Assembly (NCBI GenBank): GCA_965235115.1
Contig: OZ249436.1
Span: forward strand, 38,938,001-39,002,000
Direction: 5' to 3'
Source of the DNA: Laetmonice hystrix
Taxonomy: Eukaryota
DNA length: 64,000 nucleotides
The position numbers and the translations under genes were made by a program. Below, in pieces: positions 27,201 through 41,465 of this stretch (its first letter is position 1; each line of letters opens with the position of its first letter). Below the pieces are notes generated by a model. It was not told the origin of the DNA, did not search any database, and saw only the letters and a program-made list of their open reading frames with translations.

Positions 27201-28564
27201 ATATCATGACTTATTAAATTTCTATGGTGCACACTGACTGTATGAAACAAGAAGAGAAACGTCATGAATTCATGTAGTTTGAAATACTGTTAGCTTGATA
27301 ATCTTTTTTAAAGCCTTTACATCAGTTTTAGCTTTTCTCATGATTTCATTTGCATTATGAAATCATAAACATGCAGTAGCAATAGATTTCCTATACATCG
27401 ATTTTGTTAACCATCAGCTGAAGACCAAACTCTATACATTAAGGCAGCAACGTTAAGCAGGGGTGATTTCCGGAAAACGTTCTTCTAATTTTGGTCAATT
27501 TAGACAGTGTATTGGATCCGTGCCATGTCTCACATAATATAGGCCTACTCCTTCATGTTTACCAGATATTTCTAATGTACCAAAAACATGGCATTCTTTC
27601 CGCAACTCCAAATACAGTCGTGTACGGTGTATATCTTTACACTTGCTAATATCTTTCTAAAATGATGTTGGTGTTTGCATTGCTATTGTTGGCAGTCACG
27701 AAAAACCAATAATGTATAACGATATGTTCAAGTGTAACTGAAGAAGTGTTCGGGGAAGAAAACGGTCTGACCCTGACCCGGGATCTAATGACTGCATAAT
27801 CTACGTATCATCTCATGACTAGCCCGGTGGTCCCACCACCAATCTTATGGACAACTCGTGATCAGACAAAGGCACACACTTTGTTGGTGGCACGTCAACC
27901 AGATGGGTCTAAAAACGTTATTTTATCTTTAATTTATCAGTGAGCTCCGGCGGGTGTGTAGTTGAATTGCTGCAAGCAATCTTTCCGGTGATGACATCCT
28001 TATCTTGATATCGGATAAATCCCCTTTTTGTCTGCCGCCAGGGTAAAAAACTCATTGCTTGATATCAATTCATGCTCTGGCGCGCCGACTCACATAAAGG
28101 ATTCCGACAAAAACTGCCATATGATGGGTAGAAATTAGAACGAAGGTTTGAAGTTTGTTGACTGTTAACGGTAGACGATGGCCTGAGTAGTACATGTAGA
28201 GTAGCGCCTGGAGCAGGCACCACTGCATGTGAGTAAAGTTCTCTCCGTCATGCTAAATAATCATCAGAACTGAAGGGTGGGAACTACTGGAGGAATACAA
28301 CAACCAATAACCTTGGTCTCTGTAAGTCACATGACATACATCATACTGTGGTTCACGTATAAAACACCAGAATTAATACAAGAGATTGGCCTATGTAAAG
28401 TGTTCTATATGACAACATTATTTGTTTACAACTTTATTTAAGTATAGGTGACTGACTCTCCACTGAGATTCATCATACTGTTTCTATAATACTGAAAATA
28501 TTTTTATATCCATTGTTCACCATTTTCCCGGAGGCTCGAAATTCTTTCACTATGTATGAAGGAA

Positions 28565-28568
<4 letters not shown>

Positions 28569-28634
<66 letters not shown>
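28569..28634. repeat. (GA)n microsatellite
   Basis: Perfect dinucleotide run. Confidence 0.97.
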
Positions 28635-28636
<2 letters not shown>

Positions 28637-29252
28637 GATGTGCATAAATATAACGTTAAATATTTACGTCTTAAAAACATATGTATTAAGGAATTATGCT
28701 TCCTTTCAATAATACTGTCTCTGTGGCAAACTCTACCGTAATATATTCATGGCCACAGAAGTATGGAGTAACAAGGATTATGACCTAATTTTGACCCAGC
28801 GGGACAAGGCGATCTCATGGATTTCGAAGTACAAGGGTGACTTCGGGTAAATACATAACGGTAGTAAAAAGCTTAATATATAACAATTTCCCCATTCCAT
28901 AAACCAGTGCCGCGTGCGGTTGGTGAAAGATGGCACGCTTTACCGCAGGTCATTTGACATCGAGGCTATACGTCATCATACAATGGCGGCTCCGCCATGA
29001 TGTACTGTCACAACGGTCACGTGACTAGCCCGAGGTTGTGGCTCAGACAAGACTTTCAATTAACCCGCGCACAACAGATGAAAAGCTTTGCAGTGATGAC
29101 GATGAATATTGATTAATGTCATGATAACTTCATTCAAGAATAAACGCATTCATTCGATTGTAGTGCTAGGATTAGGAGTCCGTCGCCCGCTTGAAATGGC
29201 CACCGGCAGTAACGTATAATTTCCGAACTCGCTCGGAAAGGTGGGTAACGGG

Positions 29253-29267
29253 GCGCCCCCTAGTGGC
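29253..29267 (-). promoter_or_regulatory. Consensus CTCF-binding motif
   Basis: GCGCCCCCTAGTGGC is the reverse complement of GCCACTAGGGGGCGC, the canonical CTCF core. Binding is not shown. Confidence 0.6.
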
Positions 29268-30579
29268 CTTTCCATCGAGAGGCGCCGACGTCGAGCATGA
29301 TTTGTTATCATAAACAGCCGTCACCATTTCCGACACCTACATTACAACAAATCTGTTAGACAGCTACTGCCTAGAGGGGATATAACTCTATAAAAAGACA
29401 ACGGATATTAACGATACAGAAAGGCAAGGTGTAAATCAGGCTTGGGTGGATCAAAGACTTCCTACAGCTGAGCCACACTCTAAATGATCGGCTCATGGAG
29501 CCCTCAGTTTAGGGATGAGAACCAGATTGGTTCTTTTAACCTGGATCCCACCTCGGGGAAGGGGACGGCTGAAAACGGGATCAGAGCGAGTTAGGGGGCG
29601 CTAAGACGTTATGTTATAGGAAATGTCGGCGGTCGGCTGGTCGTGTAGTCTACATCGACGATACATGCACGGATAGGGGGGTACGTCACGTGACGTAAGC
29701 GCCTTACACGCCCTCTAGTGAGAGGCCCAGCGGCTACGAATCTCAGAACAGATATGCGTCGACTCTATACATTTTGTTTTTTTTTTCTCGCCCAGATCGT
29801 TTCATCCATAAAAAAACCTCTTGCACATCTGGCTTTCTATGATTGTATAGAAAAAGTTGATTTGCACAAGACGCGCATCGTATTCTTATTCTGGCACCGT
29901 TATAGGCCTAGTGTAGCCTATAACTTAGGCCTAATACTCCGCATCTTTGAGCGACGTAGGAGAACTGTATATGCACTTAGCTCTACATGTATACATCATA
30001 ATCATGTATTACACACGCATAATGTTATAACGACCTATACCACAAATTATAGTTATGTATAGGAGCAAGTATGTGTGTGATACTTATAGTTTCAGTTACG
30101 TAACTAGGAAGATGCCCAAATTCTGATGGGATGAAACATATATCCTTCGGATATCTTGAATAGAAATTCATGCAAACCCCTCAACAGGGCATATACTCTC
30201 TTAAATCTGCTGCAGCAGCATGCCAAGGAGCGTTGGAGGCCTTGATTTAAATCAGAAACAATTTCAGCGGATTGTTATTTGGGTTCAATGAGCGGGGCTC
30301 ATGTGTCGTCGCTTAGTACCGGTCCCAGCGGAATGTCACGGAGAGGTATCTGAACGGACCCGCGACCGTCCGAGCAGACTCGAGTCAGGGGGTAATTGTC
30401 TATGGCACCCTCCCTGGCACACAATCTTTGTTTCTGATCAAGGCTTCAATTTGTGCCAACGACCTGATGTTTCAAGGCGAGTACATGGTCGGAAGTGATG
30501 GCGATCGAGGAGGGAGAAATACTGGGGTATAATGGTGAGTATAGACGTGCATGCAAGGGGCGCCGCTGGGCGGGGATTC

Positions 30580-30765
30580 GGTACCAGTCCCCGCCCTGGA
30601 CTCGGCCCCAGTCCCGGGAGGGGACTCGGCCCCTGTCCCGGGCGGGGACTCGGCCCCTGTCCCGGCCCCAACTCGGCCCCAGTCCCGGCCCCGACTTGGC
30701 CCCAGCTCCGGCCCCGACTCGGCCCCAGTCTCGGCCCCAGTCCCGGCCCGACTCGGCCCCAGTCA
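30580..30765. repeat. GC-rich degenerate minisatellite (GACTCGGCCCCAGTCCCGGC.., about 11/22 bp)
   Basis: Repeated CTCGGCCCC(A/T)GTCCCGG blocks. Confidence 0.9.
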
Positions 30766-32307
30766 CGGTCCTCCTCCCCCCGGCTGACCGCTGTCTCGCG
30801 GGCGGCGCACAGAACCAATATGCTGCCAGTTGAAAGCTCATTTTTCATTCGGTTGACGCACAATCGCTTTCAGAATACGAGAGCTCATTTCTGAAAAAGA
30901 GACCCTCCCATGGGGAGGTTCTGTTTGAACTCCCAAACGTTTGAGACTATTATTATATGCATGTATTTGATATTAATTTATGCACGCATGATTAGATACA
31001 CGAGGACACTCTTGCGCAAACTTTAATAGATAGATCTATACAATGTATTCTTGAAAAGGAAATTAGGTTAATCAATGAGAGAATATAGGCTTATACATTA
31101 GTTGACAAAAGCTAAAGAAAACAATGTTACACGGTTTAGATCTACACCCGCGAAACCAAATCTATAACCTCAGCGAGGAACGTCTATAGTTTGGGTTCGC
31201 TGTCCAACTTTGGCCAACAGTGGATTACCACTTTTGTTTTATTTTTAGTCACCCCCCCCCCCCGACCTGGCAAAAACAAGATAACATGGAAAGTTTATGT
31301 GCACACTCATATACTTTACAACTTTTTGGAAACTCCCTCCAAACCAAACTTGGCTTTACGCCTCTGCTGCTATCAGTCCGAACGCCTCCCCACATATCAC
31401 ATGCCGGTTTGTTTGCATGCCTGCGCCTTGGGATTCATTAACATCCCATTCCTCTGTATAGATTAGTCCCTATCGTAACTGGCCATGTGGCCCGCTATTC
31501 CATCCAATAGAAACCGGGCGAGCGTCGAGAGGCGGCCAGGTGGGGACCCTTCTGATGATGTCCCCCGGCTGCCGGCCACTGTCGGCGAGCAGGAGGTTGG
31601 ACGGCCGCTGACGGCCATAGAACGGCCCGGTTAGCGACGGGCGCGGCCTGTGGCGGCCAGGGGGGTGGGGTCGCCGCCCGCACCGACTACAATAGCCAGT
31701 GGCTTTTGTTGTGGCTGCACAATCTGGCGGAGTGAGCGGTCATTAGGACTTAGACCCCCAACTGGTGCAGTGAAAACGACGTGATAGATATTACTCTTGT
31801 GGCTGTCATTGTGCCTTTTCTGTCAACTCTGTGGTGGGCAACAAAGGACTGAAATGCGCTCTTTTGTTGACTGCTCACTTGGTTTTGATTGCGATCCGAC
31901 ATGAAGGAGTACACGACAGAGGACGTCATTGAAACGTCACGTGACGGGTATTCTTGGTGGCTGTGTCAAAGTCCCGACAAACAACGCCCGTCCACCTCGG
32001 TCATAACAGCTTTGTGTTGCTCATGTCGCATGGACTGGTACTTGTGTATGTCATGGCCTGGCCTGTTGAGAAAATGACCCAGATTTGTTTTCTTATACAA
32101 GCTTTCTTCTCTCAACCTTCTTACCATGCATGGATGGAAAATAAAACTGCATCAATCAGCTTATCGCCAGAAGACATCGAATAAGAAATCGGAGCCACTT
32201 GAAAGAACTAAACGGACTGGTACTTTTGATTTGTGTGTAATACTTCTCTCTCTGCATTTACCCCCCCCCCCCCCCAACAAAAAAAAAGAAGATATGGGCA
32301 GTATACA

Positions 32308-32462
32308 CATTGTCCGCCTAAGTCATGGGACTATACTAGGCATACGTAACCCTCATCGGGCCCCTCTCTCTCTCTCTCTCCCTCCCTCTCTCTCTCTCTG
32401 TCTGTCTCTCTCCCTCTCTCTCTCTCCCTGTCTGTCTCTCCCTGTCTGTCTCTCCCTGTCTG

Positions 32463-32512
<50 letters not shown>

Positions 32513-32700
32513 TCTCTCTCCCTGTCTGTCTCTCCCTGTCTGTCTCTCCCTGTCTGTCTCCCTCTCTCTCTCTGTCTCTCTCTCTGTCTCTCTCTCTGTC
32601 TGGCTGTCTCTCTCTGTCTCTGTCTGTCTGTATGTCTCTCTCTCCCTCATTGTCCGCCTAAGTCATGGGACTATACTAGGCATACGTAACCCTCATCGGG

Positions 32701-32748
<48 letters not shown>
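32308..32748. repeat. 55-bp exact direct repeat (32308-32362 and 32648-32702), each copy followed by a CT/CTGT microsatellite
   Basis: CATTGTCCGCCTAAGTCATGGGACTATACTAGGCATACGTAACCCTCATCGGGCC occurs twice, 340 bp apart. Confidence 0.95.
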
Positions 32749-32750
<2 letters not shown>

Positions 32751-35700
32751 CCTATATTATGTCCCGGTCTCTCTCTTCTTGATGTCCATGTGTGTATATT
32801 CAATATATTATCCATGGGTAAGAATCTCTGGTATTTCAATGTAACATTGTCACCCCTGATTAATACAACCGGCCTATATCAGTTATGTATACTCTAGAGA
32901 AATTGCACACTCTTCAAGTACCGGGTAAGTGAAGTGCGACATGTCCGTTGATATTCCGAGAGTCAGAGCTTGCTGATCTTCTATACCAGCAGATTTACAC
33001 CTGCAAACCCTTCCTTTGCCCACTCGTCGACATTTGTTGTAAAACTCAATTACCCAGCCAATACAACGCCAAGTGTAATGCTCGACCCTGGTTAAGGTGT
33101 GCCTTTGTGGGTTTGATCTAAATCAACTTCTCAATGTTTATATTAAATTTCCTATCTAGCTGGCCTGGTGAACTCATCCGCGCTCATTTTCTATGGAATC
33201 AATTTGTCGTGTTGGTTTCTTAAACAACGCCTTGTTGACAGTCGTTGCAAAATCCACATCATTGAGACGGGATAGCTTCTGCAGCACAGAGAAATTATAT
33301 TTTTATAATACTATTTAGATTGAAGAATGACAATAATTCGCTTTAATCCAGTGTGGTGCAGCATGCAGCCTGATAAGTCGGGGATGAGCGTTGGAAGATG
33401 CCGTGCGAGAAGAGGTTGTTGGTCATCGCCTGGCCTAGTATAGAGTCCAACGTTGCAGTCTCTCAGCCGTCCCAATCCTTTCTGTCAATATAACAAGTCT
33501 AAGGCAAAGAAGGTGTGTCTGACATTACCAAATATCAATTATATCCATTCACACTATACAAACGTTTGTGGCGATCGCGTCAGCCCGATTGTGGAGCAGA
33601 CATGCACCAGGCATTGAGAAGTTGGTAAGGAGCCGTGCCCATCACGGAATCCACGAGTTCACCAAGTGCGTCCATGTTGAAATACATTTTCGACTATTAT
33701 CATTGCGTTCGCATTTATTATGCACCTGTAGTGGAAAAAGTGCTGGCAGGACTTTTCAGCGTCTTGTGTTATTTCATATTAAATATTTTTAATATTTTTT
33801 AAGCAAACAAATAAGGATAGCCATGCGTCGTTTATATTGACGGTAAGCTCTTTCACTTCAACCCTCTTGCCTATATACACCAGTCTCCTTATTTAGTACA
33901 ACTATATATAGGGCCTACCGGTGTTATATACACTTCTCCGACCCGACAACCGTATAGACTCTATGGCTGCATGACGAGGCACCCTATACAGTGCTGCTCG
34001 GGAGACTTTCTGATTCACTGCGTAAGCCAACTCAATGTGCCAGCAGTTTGTCTCGAATCGATACAAACACTGCATGCTGCCCTCATCGACTGCCACTGCC
34101 TGCAAGTCGTTGACCTTCCCAATCCTTGACCACTCAGAGTGATGCTAGTGGTGGGAGGGTGGGGGTCAGGGGGGCGTGACAGGGCGCGCTGGGACCTTGA
34201 CCGCTGATCTGTCATTGGGTGGCGTAGTTTCTTGACACGGTAAGACAACGTTCAACCGGTGTGCCGCCCAGCCAGTCCCAGCGGCCAAGGGCTCCATCTG
34301 TTCGGGGGCCGAGCGAGCCGCCCACTGGTCATTACCGGGGCCGGCGGGGCCCAGCGGCCCGGCTACCACCCGCTCCGTGCCCGCCTCGCACGCCGCACGC
34401 CACGCTGCACCCGCACATCATAACGCCTTTAAGAGATTTATTGCGCACAGAACCGTGAAATGGCCAAGGATCAGAGCAGCCGCTTGACCTCTGATTTCAG
34501 GCCGGAGTCAAAGATCGCACACGTGACTGAAACGTGACCAATTTGTGTAAAGAACTGTGGTCTCCTTGGCCGTCGTTTATTCACTGACGGATTGACTGGA
34601 GAAATTTAAAATAAATCTCCTCACAGCCCCAGCCAAATAGATATTGTCAAAAGAACAGGAAGCAGATTTAGTTATTTTTTACCAACCAACTTAAAGCGAG
34701 TTAACTACACAAATTCTTGTCATGAAATGTATTGACCAACGTGTGCCTGTTTAGACCCAGGCCAAGTGCGACTGTATATACAGCTATACAAAACTACAGC
34801 TATAATATAGGCCCTATACGAACCTATGCACGGAACACAAATTCGGTCCAAATGCACAGGAGAGGCTATCCTATTTTAACCTGTTTCAAAATATACTCCT
34901 CAGGAATCGATGGGTGCGTATATTATAGAGGATAACTGTCATGAATTACCATATGGACAATGGTGGAATGAAGAGACATGTCTGGCGTTCTGCTCGGCTT
35001 CTACAATGATCATTACAGGAAAAATAGGAACTCATGTCAATCTTGAGAGTATCTCAGGTCACAATTATTCCCTATGAGAGTAAATATAATTTTTAAAAAG
35101 CGTCACTTCTGAGTCTTATCTATAACTAATTGCATGTACATTGTACCTTTTGTAGGCCTATAGAAATATGGAAATGGACTGTATATATCACTCATATAGG
35201 ACCTACTCATAATAAATCCAAATAAATTTATTTCTAGACACGAAAATTTAGTTGTGATGTATATCACTGAGGGTTAAGTCTACATTAACAATGTCAACGC
35301 TCAGTGAAGATGTTGGAGGAGGGCCACCCAGGTGGTCATATAACAGGGACTGGGGGGGGGGGGGTCCATATCACTGTAGCAATGTTACTACATGACAGTT
35401 TGGTATCCCAGGCGAACAACCATGCATCCAACAAAGTATCACCACATTTACTTGATCATCGTATTCAGTTATCGGCCGCCTAAAAGTTGAAATCTTCTCG
35501 TCGAACAACGAATTCATTGTTGTCGTCCACTGCATTTCCCATCGAATGCCAACAACAGCGACAAATGCTGACGCAATTCTTGCTTGGGCCCAATCAAAGA
35601 AGTGTTGCCATTGACAGATAATTCATTAGTCCATTGTGTTACGTTTATGTACTGTGTGTATTTCAGCCTTCAGATTGACACGACGGGACGGCAGGTGGAG

Positions 35701-38665
35701 GACCAATGTACGCTTTTCACTTTCGGGATAAGCATTTACATGTCAATGCCTCCTGCACGGCAGACTTTTCGATGGGGACATTTTTAATCTGATAAAGTTT
35801 TAATGTGTACGTCCATACAAAGTACTGCCTTTACTGCATTAGTTAACAATGCCGGTGACTACATTGTTGTCAAAGGATGGCTGACTGAATCTTAATCGCG
35901 TTGCCATTGTACGTGTTACGAAGCTAATTCTCAGCGAGTTGAGATCTCTATAGAGAAGCTCACGGAGCGAGGGCCGGGGGTCGACGACCCGGCCACCCAA
36001 GCCACAATAAACGCCTGTCTGGATCACAGAACCAGCCACCAATCTCCGCAGCCCCGTCCAATAATGGCGCTGAGTGGCACAAACAATTGGAACCCACAAA
36101 AGGATCGTCAGTGGCGTTTTCATGTTGACACTATGGGAAGTAGCACGAACGTGTGTGTTTATCCCCGCCGAGGATCTCTCCACAATCTACTTACCACTCT
36201 CGACGCTGGCCCCAATGTCTGATTTCTTCTCATTGAAATCGGTCTCGCCGTAGGAAGCACCGGTGGCGGATAACACGTTGGAGAATTGTGAGCACACGTC
36301 AGTGGGGGAACAAGAAGCAAAGTTGACGTCTATCGAACAGCACGCGCTGATCATTTCCTCGCCATAATTGCCTTTATCTCCACAGAGGAAAGCAGCGACA
36401 GATTGCCTCGAGTCTCAACGTGTTCATCAAACAACGCCATGTGTGTTTTCGTAATTATTATCACGTTTAAGCGGAAATAAAGGCACGTAGAGTTGTTGTT
36501 AGAGAACACGAACCAAGTTCAGACTGCAGTGGAAATGTCCACGTCGGTGCAGGCGCTCGGAAAATAGAAAGAGCCGGCGTGAGATGATTCTATAGTTACA
36601 TTTCACTTTAATCCGAGCAGCGTCAACAAGAGCAACGCTCAGTCGGATAATTGACGTCGTCTGTACACATTTGTCTCCAAACATTCGCAGCAAAGACGTG
36701 AATTTGACGAGCCATTGACGGTTTGTATTGAGGCACTTGGTTCATGCCAAACGACCCGCTCGTACGAGTAGCACCCTATGATGTTGCCGACGTAATGATA
36801 ACCAAAGATACAAAGAGGGTTTCATCATACCCGATCGCCTGTCCTCGCTGCCGCATAATATATTATAGCTTAGGCCTATATAATATACAAAATCAACAAC
36901 ATACTTATACGGCATCGCTTCATGTTACTTAAAGCTTCTTTTTTTGGTACCTGCAGGAAGTTAGTGCATCTTTGTGAAGGTACAATCATGGCAGCGTATG
37001 CACATGTGTATAGGCCTATGTAAGATTTTAGTTTCTGTCGGAGGTGTCTACATACAATACTCACACAGCAACTATAAGAGATCAACAGAATTATAAGTGC
37101 TAGCTGGGTCGATATGGGGGTAGGCCTATTTCATTCGTCACTCATTATATGATTTGGTATATTAATTTGTATGACAGTATGGAATATATATTAAAATGAA
37201 TATAACTTAAGTCTGGACTATGGCATACTGCTAATCTTACATGGACAGTATACATGGGGACACGACTTATGTACAGGCCTATACAGAGACCTATATAGGT
37301 CTACTTAGGGTAATATTATTGTTCCATATGTAGGCCTAGAAAATAAGTATTATTATAATAATACAACAACACCGTATATCATACCTTTACCAAGCGTTTT
37401 CATCTGTTTGCAGCCTGCAGTCTAGGAGTTTTCTATAGGCTATATCTCAAAAACCTGCCCGGACGGTTGACCTCGTTTTGGCCTGGGTCTCCCTTCTCGT
37501 CGTTAGTGTTTTCCTCTTCACCATGAGCATGGCAGTGAGCTGTGAGGGCAATAATTCTTTCAGTTTCAGCCTATAATGCTTTCTTCTCCATTGTCATCAT
37601 TTGCCTTTATTTTTCAACGTGGAACCTCACTGTACTCACCAACAAAAGGATGTCCCCTGTAAGGCTGAAGCCGGATCCTCCCGACATAATGTTAATAAAC
37701 CGGGTCTCATCCTTCCCGGAACAGTATAGGCCTATATCGCCACGACTTTTGGCGCTACACGTAGGCCTATAGCCCCACGGCGCGGACGAGCTGTGGCCGT
37801 AACGTCGTAACGTTATACGTTACGCCCGTCACCATAGCAACCGTGCGACGAGCACGTCGCCACGCGCATGTAGCAGTTAACCGGGACTCGTCCTAACGAA
37901 TAGAGCTTCTCTATATCGATGAACGCGCACCGAATGAATCGATGGCGTAATCCGAACTTTATTACTATCACTCGCACCATTCAGGCGTAATCCCTTGTCA
38001 AAATTAATACATCAACTATGAAATGGATTTTAACGTAAAGCGCTGATGTTTTATCGCGGGTGGATAACATTGGCCCGAGTCTATTGCGGAGAGTTGACTG
38101 TTTAATTACCTTGACGGGAGCGGAAGCCGTCTAGATTTCTCGGCACCGTCGCCATAAATTTTGGCACGGCCAATGTCTCATTTTGCGTGATGTATTGCAG
38201 CGATGCCCCACTATGGCCTGGCAACCATGGCAGAATTAATGACTACTATTTTATGCAAGCGCTCCAAGATCATATGGCCGTAAGAAGAAGCGAAGCACGG
38301 AATTCATAGTGTATAGAATAATCATCTAGATATTGGTCTAATTACTTAAAGCTGACCTTCAAAAGAAAGGGGGTCAAACATTCGCTCTTCATGCAATGGA
38401 ATGCTGGATTTTACGTCGAATATAAGTAAAATATATAATAAATTTGTAGCTTTGAAAAGCGTATCATTACATCCCACGGCTATTTCCAGGATATTAAACA
38501 TTCAACAACATTGCTCATCATTTTTCATGCTGTTATATAATATAAATACTTTTATCTGATTCTGAACGGCACTGGAATGATTTATCAAAATTTAAAATCC
38601 GCGCTTACACAAAATCTTAGAGATCACAGAATTAAAATTTCAAATGCTTTAACTGATGAATACAC

Positions 38666-38671
38666 TTTATT
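38666..38671 (-). terminator. Candidate Pitx polyadenylation signal AATAAA
   Basis: First canonical AATAAA I found downstream of the stop on the minus strand, followed by U/GU-rich sequence. It implies a 3'UTR of about 1.6 kb. Confidence 0.45.
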
Positions 38672-40244
38672 TCAATAACTCTAAAAAGGAATATACCATT
38701 GATGCATGTTGGCACATATCATTCAACGTTTGATTTTATGCTATGTTGTTTTCCATAGAATTTTCACACAAAAAGAATACGCCCAAAATGTATTCACACT
38801 TAATTCTTACACCTGCCATACCTGATGCATTCGACTATACACAGATAACGGCAGCACAATAACAAAGGTAAACTTCGACTTGCCTTATAGAATTAGCAAT
38901 AGAACACTTCAATAATTATACTGTATCAACATTATAGCTAACTAATTTGGAAAGGCGATCCTCTATTCGCCATATGACACTTGGTTTACAATACACTGGG
39001 CCTGAAAAAGATGGAACTCCTGTCCGTAAAACAGTATACTGACCCGTTTACACGAATTGTCATTATCTTCACTGACCATGCCATACTATTGACAACGCTC
39101 CTTATAGACTTACAGTATACCATATCTAGATTATACAGCGAAATAAGTCACACCCAAAGACATGACTCACACATAATAGTTATTATGATGAGCAGTGAAA
39201 GGTTTGGAGTCAGCCGCCTATATTGTTCACTGATATACCGTGAAGACAATATCGAACCAATGATATTCAATTAATAATGGTTTTGTCTTGATTGACATCG
39301 TGTGTCCGTGGGGTTTTTTTTTACCGCTGTTATAGGGAGCATTTAATTACTTTATAATGATACAAGTAAGCCACAGCAATGTACTCCCTCGTTGGTCCTG
39401 CCCGTAAATGGGGCACATATATTATATGGGCACATTAAGGGGCACATCTGGCGCGATGGTACCTGTAGTCCACCTGGTACTGCATGTGTTGATACCGGAT
39501 GTTAGCCACAACAGAACGAACAATACCTGTTATTCCTATACGCAAAAAAATACACTACCACAATAGAAAGTGTGTCATCCCGGTCTGCCGGCCCGTGTGA
39601 ACTATGTATCTGATGGTGTATGAACATGCCCCTCCTCCGACACGGCGACCCGGGGTACAACATCCTGTGTAAGCCGGGTGTTACCCCCCCTCCCCCCTCC
39701 TGGGGGTCGACATGTACAGCAAGGTCCACCCAGTTTACACTGTACACGAGGTAACGGTGTGTCAATGGTTTTAGGGGGTGCTCTGGTCTTGTGTAACACA
39801 ATTGTCTCTGAGTATCTCGCTCATCACAAATACAGGATCAAAATTCTTATATGTAGACGGACAAAGTCTTGAAACCCTGCTGATGTGGCAATTCTTAGTC
39901 ATGGGGGTAACGTCGAAACATTAAAATGTTGGTTTCTGCACCCCTTTCTGCGCCTACGAACCTTTCCTGTTCTTTGACTTTGATAATACAACCTGTATTG
40001 TATATGATGAAGTTGACACAGAAAATGTATCTGTAGGTGTTTCGCAGGGATGAAGAGCAACTATAGTGTAGTAACCTGACCAGCGTACCAGCGCATATTA
40101 TACCCTGCCTGCCCCAGATCTCGGCCTAAATCGGTTTGTCGGTGCGCAGTTGATCCGGCGGTGGGGGTAATAATACCCAATATACATTGATAATAATTAT
40201 TATAATATAATTCATGTTAAGCACCAGTATCAACACTGTTCCAG

Positions 40245-40793
40245 TCATGCCAGTGCCGCACCGTTACTCACCGAAGCGTACTGGCAGGCGCTGAGCGTCG
40301 TTTGGCGAGGGTTCACCGAGGGATAGGTAAAGTTTGTGGCCGAGTGTTCCTTGGCCTTCAGTCTCAAGGAGGCAATGCTGGAGGAGCATTGGTCACGGTT
40401 GTAGAGGTAAGTCGGGGCCGGGGGAGCGTACGGGCACGGTGCTGTCGGCGAGCGCATGTTGCTGGCCACCGCCGCCGGCATGTTGACGCTCCCCATGTTC
40501 ACCATGCTTGGAGTCATCGTATTACTGGGCGAAGAAAAACACGTGGGTTGCGAGGACACGACAGAGGACAAATGGTTCATGGAATTAATCTCCCACGGAA
40601 ACCCTTTGGAGCCGAGAGGACTGGGCACCTTGGCCATGTTGGTTGCCCAGTTGTTATAAGGACTGTAGCCGCCGTATAGGGAATTGTCCATTGGTTGCAT
40701 CAAGCCGTTCAACTGCGGCCCGAAACCGTTCTTGAACGGTTCCAGGTTCCGTTCCCGTTTTCGCCACTTGGCTCGCCGATTCTTGAACCATAC
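40245..40793 (-). CDS. Pitx: Pitx coding exon 3 (recognition helix with K50, C-terminus with OAR motif, stop)
   Basis: Acceptor TGTCTGTTGCAG|GTATGG. Encodes VWFKNRRAKWRKRERN (Lys50), Pitx-like FKNGFGPQ and YSPYNNWA segments, and the OAR motif SSSIASLRLKAKEH. TGA at 40247-40245. Spliced CDS is 334+221+549 = 1104 nt, or 367 aa plus stop. Confidence 0.97.
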   Translation of the reverse strand, partial: VWFKNRRAKWRKRERNLEPFKNGFGPQLNGLMQPMDNSLYGGYSPYNNWATNMAKVPSPLGSKGFPWEINSMNHLSSVVSSQPTCFSSPSNTMTPSMVNMGSVNMPAAVASNMRSPTAPCPYAPPAPTYLYNRDQCSSSIASLRLKAKEHSATNFTYPSVNPRQTTLSACQYASVSNGAALA

Positions 40794-41009
40794 CTGCAAC
40801 AGACACAATGCCTAAGTTTTAAAACTAGCATCAAACCCAAACTGTAATAATAAATATCCTTGGCGTATGAATATGATCTTAAACGTACTCGAAATTGTCC
40901 TTCCTTACACGCCATATGCTTCTTATCCCCATCCATATTACACAAATTATTTCATATAATGACTCATATTATATTGTCACAAAATTACTATGATATCCTA
41001 AACGGAAGT

Positions 41010-41465
<456 letters not shown>

